Below the pieces are notes generated by a model. That model saw only the letters and a list, made by a program, of their open reading frames with translations, was not told the origin of the DNA and ran no database searches. The position numbers and the translations under genes are program-made. Below are positions 63,326-64,000 of a stretch of DNA of 64,000 nt, in pieces (positions within the stretch are counted from its first letter, which is position 1; the number at the start of each line of letters is the position of its first letter). The stretch is from an uncultured Acidobacteriota bacterium (GTDB lineage: Bacteria; Acidobacteriota; UBA6911; RPQK01; JAPXNP01). The stretch spans positions 1 to 64,000 of the forward strand of contig CAVZRV010000015.1 in NCBI GenBank assembly GCA_963777605.1. Direction: 5' to 3'.

Positions 63326-63826
63326 ATGAAGAACCAGAAAACGACCTGCAGATGCCCGGTATGTGGCCAGTGGTTTACAGGAGATATTCCCCTCGAGCCT
63401 GTCAAGATCTGGAAGAACCTGGTCAAGGATAAACACATAACGATTCTGCAGGCTCGGTGCAGGCGTTGTGGTTCTGTCTTCGAGGTGGGTGTAAAGGCAG
63501 CTGTAACAGGCTTTCAGGGAAGTCCCTACTTGCTCCTTCTGGCAACTGTCACCCTGCTGGCGTCATTGATGGACGGATTTCTGAGCCTTCAACTCTTCCA
63601 GCAGGGCGCAGTAGAGTTGAATCCGCTCCTCGGGTTGATTTTGGCGAAGAGTCCCGTTCACTTCGTCATCACCAAGTATCTGCTGACGAGTTTCGGCGTC
63701 ATTGTTCTGGTGTTGTTGAGTGAACGAAGGGTACTGACCAGGTGGCTCACCGGTCGGCACCTCCTGCTGGCGTCCCAGGTTCTGTTCGCGGGATTGATCG
63801 CCTACCAGTCAATGCTGCTCAGTTGA
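63326..63826 (+). CDS. DUF5658-like membrane protein with N-terminal zinc ribbon
   Basis: CPVC...CRRC, then D..L....GA.ELNPL....F...K TM motif. Confidence 0.7.
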   Translation: MKNQKTTCRCPVCGQWFTGDIPLEPVKIWKNLVKDKHITILQARCRRCGSVFEVGVKAAVTGFQGSPYLLLLATVTLLASLMDGFLSLQLFQQGAVELNPLLGLILAKSPVHFVITKYLLTSFGVIVLVLLSERRVLTRWLTGRHLLLASQVLFAGLIAYQSMLLS

Positions 63827-63891
63827 CGATCCCCGGTCCACTCCCGGTGCCTGCGGAATCCAGGTCAGCCCGGCCCCCGCGCGCTCCGCGC

Positions 63892-64000
63892 ATCATTCAG
63901 AGAGTGAAACTGGGCCAGGCGGACGGCCAACGCGCAGACTCATTTCGAGCTCCGGGCAACCCGCCCCGGGACAATCGTGCTCCCTCTGCATTGCAGCACT
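63892..64000 (+). repeat. Dispersed intergenic element, copy B (cut by the window end)
   Basis: ATCATTCAGAGAGTGAAACTGG...GCGCAG...GGCAAC..GCCCCGGGAC...TGCAGCACT, colinear with copy A. Confidence 0.75.

Overview
A GC-rich (about 60%) bacterial chromosome segment, most likely Acidobacteriota (inferred from the Ser/Thr kinase-TPR protein, the split atpF'FHAGDC operon and the C-terminal domain of the beta-propeller protein). Most of it is housekeeping or metabolic: argG, cysK, F1/b-subunit ATP synthase genes, tRNA-Gln, glgC, queG, pyk, UGPase, an M16 peptidase and signalling proteins. About ten single-base frameshifts, one of them in atpD, plus a poly-C/T tract point to an error-prone long-read assembly. 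Four things stand out. (1) An unannotated dispersed intergenic element with fixed asymmetric ends (ATCATTCARAGAGTGAAAC ... CCAAATGAAGTTTCAG) and variable interiors, in at least four copies. (2) A 74-aa glutaredoxin-like gene with two in-frame TGA codons (probable double selenoprotein) that the ORF track missed. (3) A PafB/PafC-type WYL regulator pair with no Pup-proteasome genes beside it. (4) A coupled operon of GDP-mannose 3,5-epimerase-like, GHMP kinase-like and tandem nucleotidyltransferase genes. No transposase, integrase, CRISPR array or rRNA was seen.
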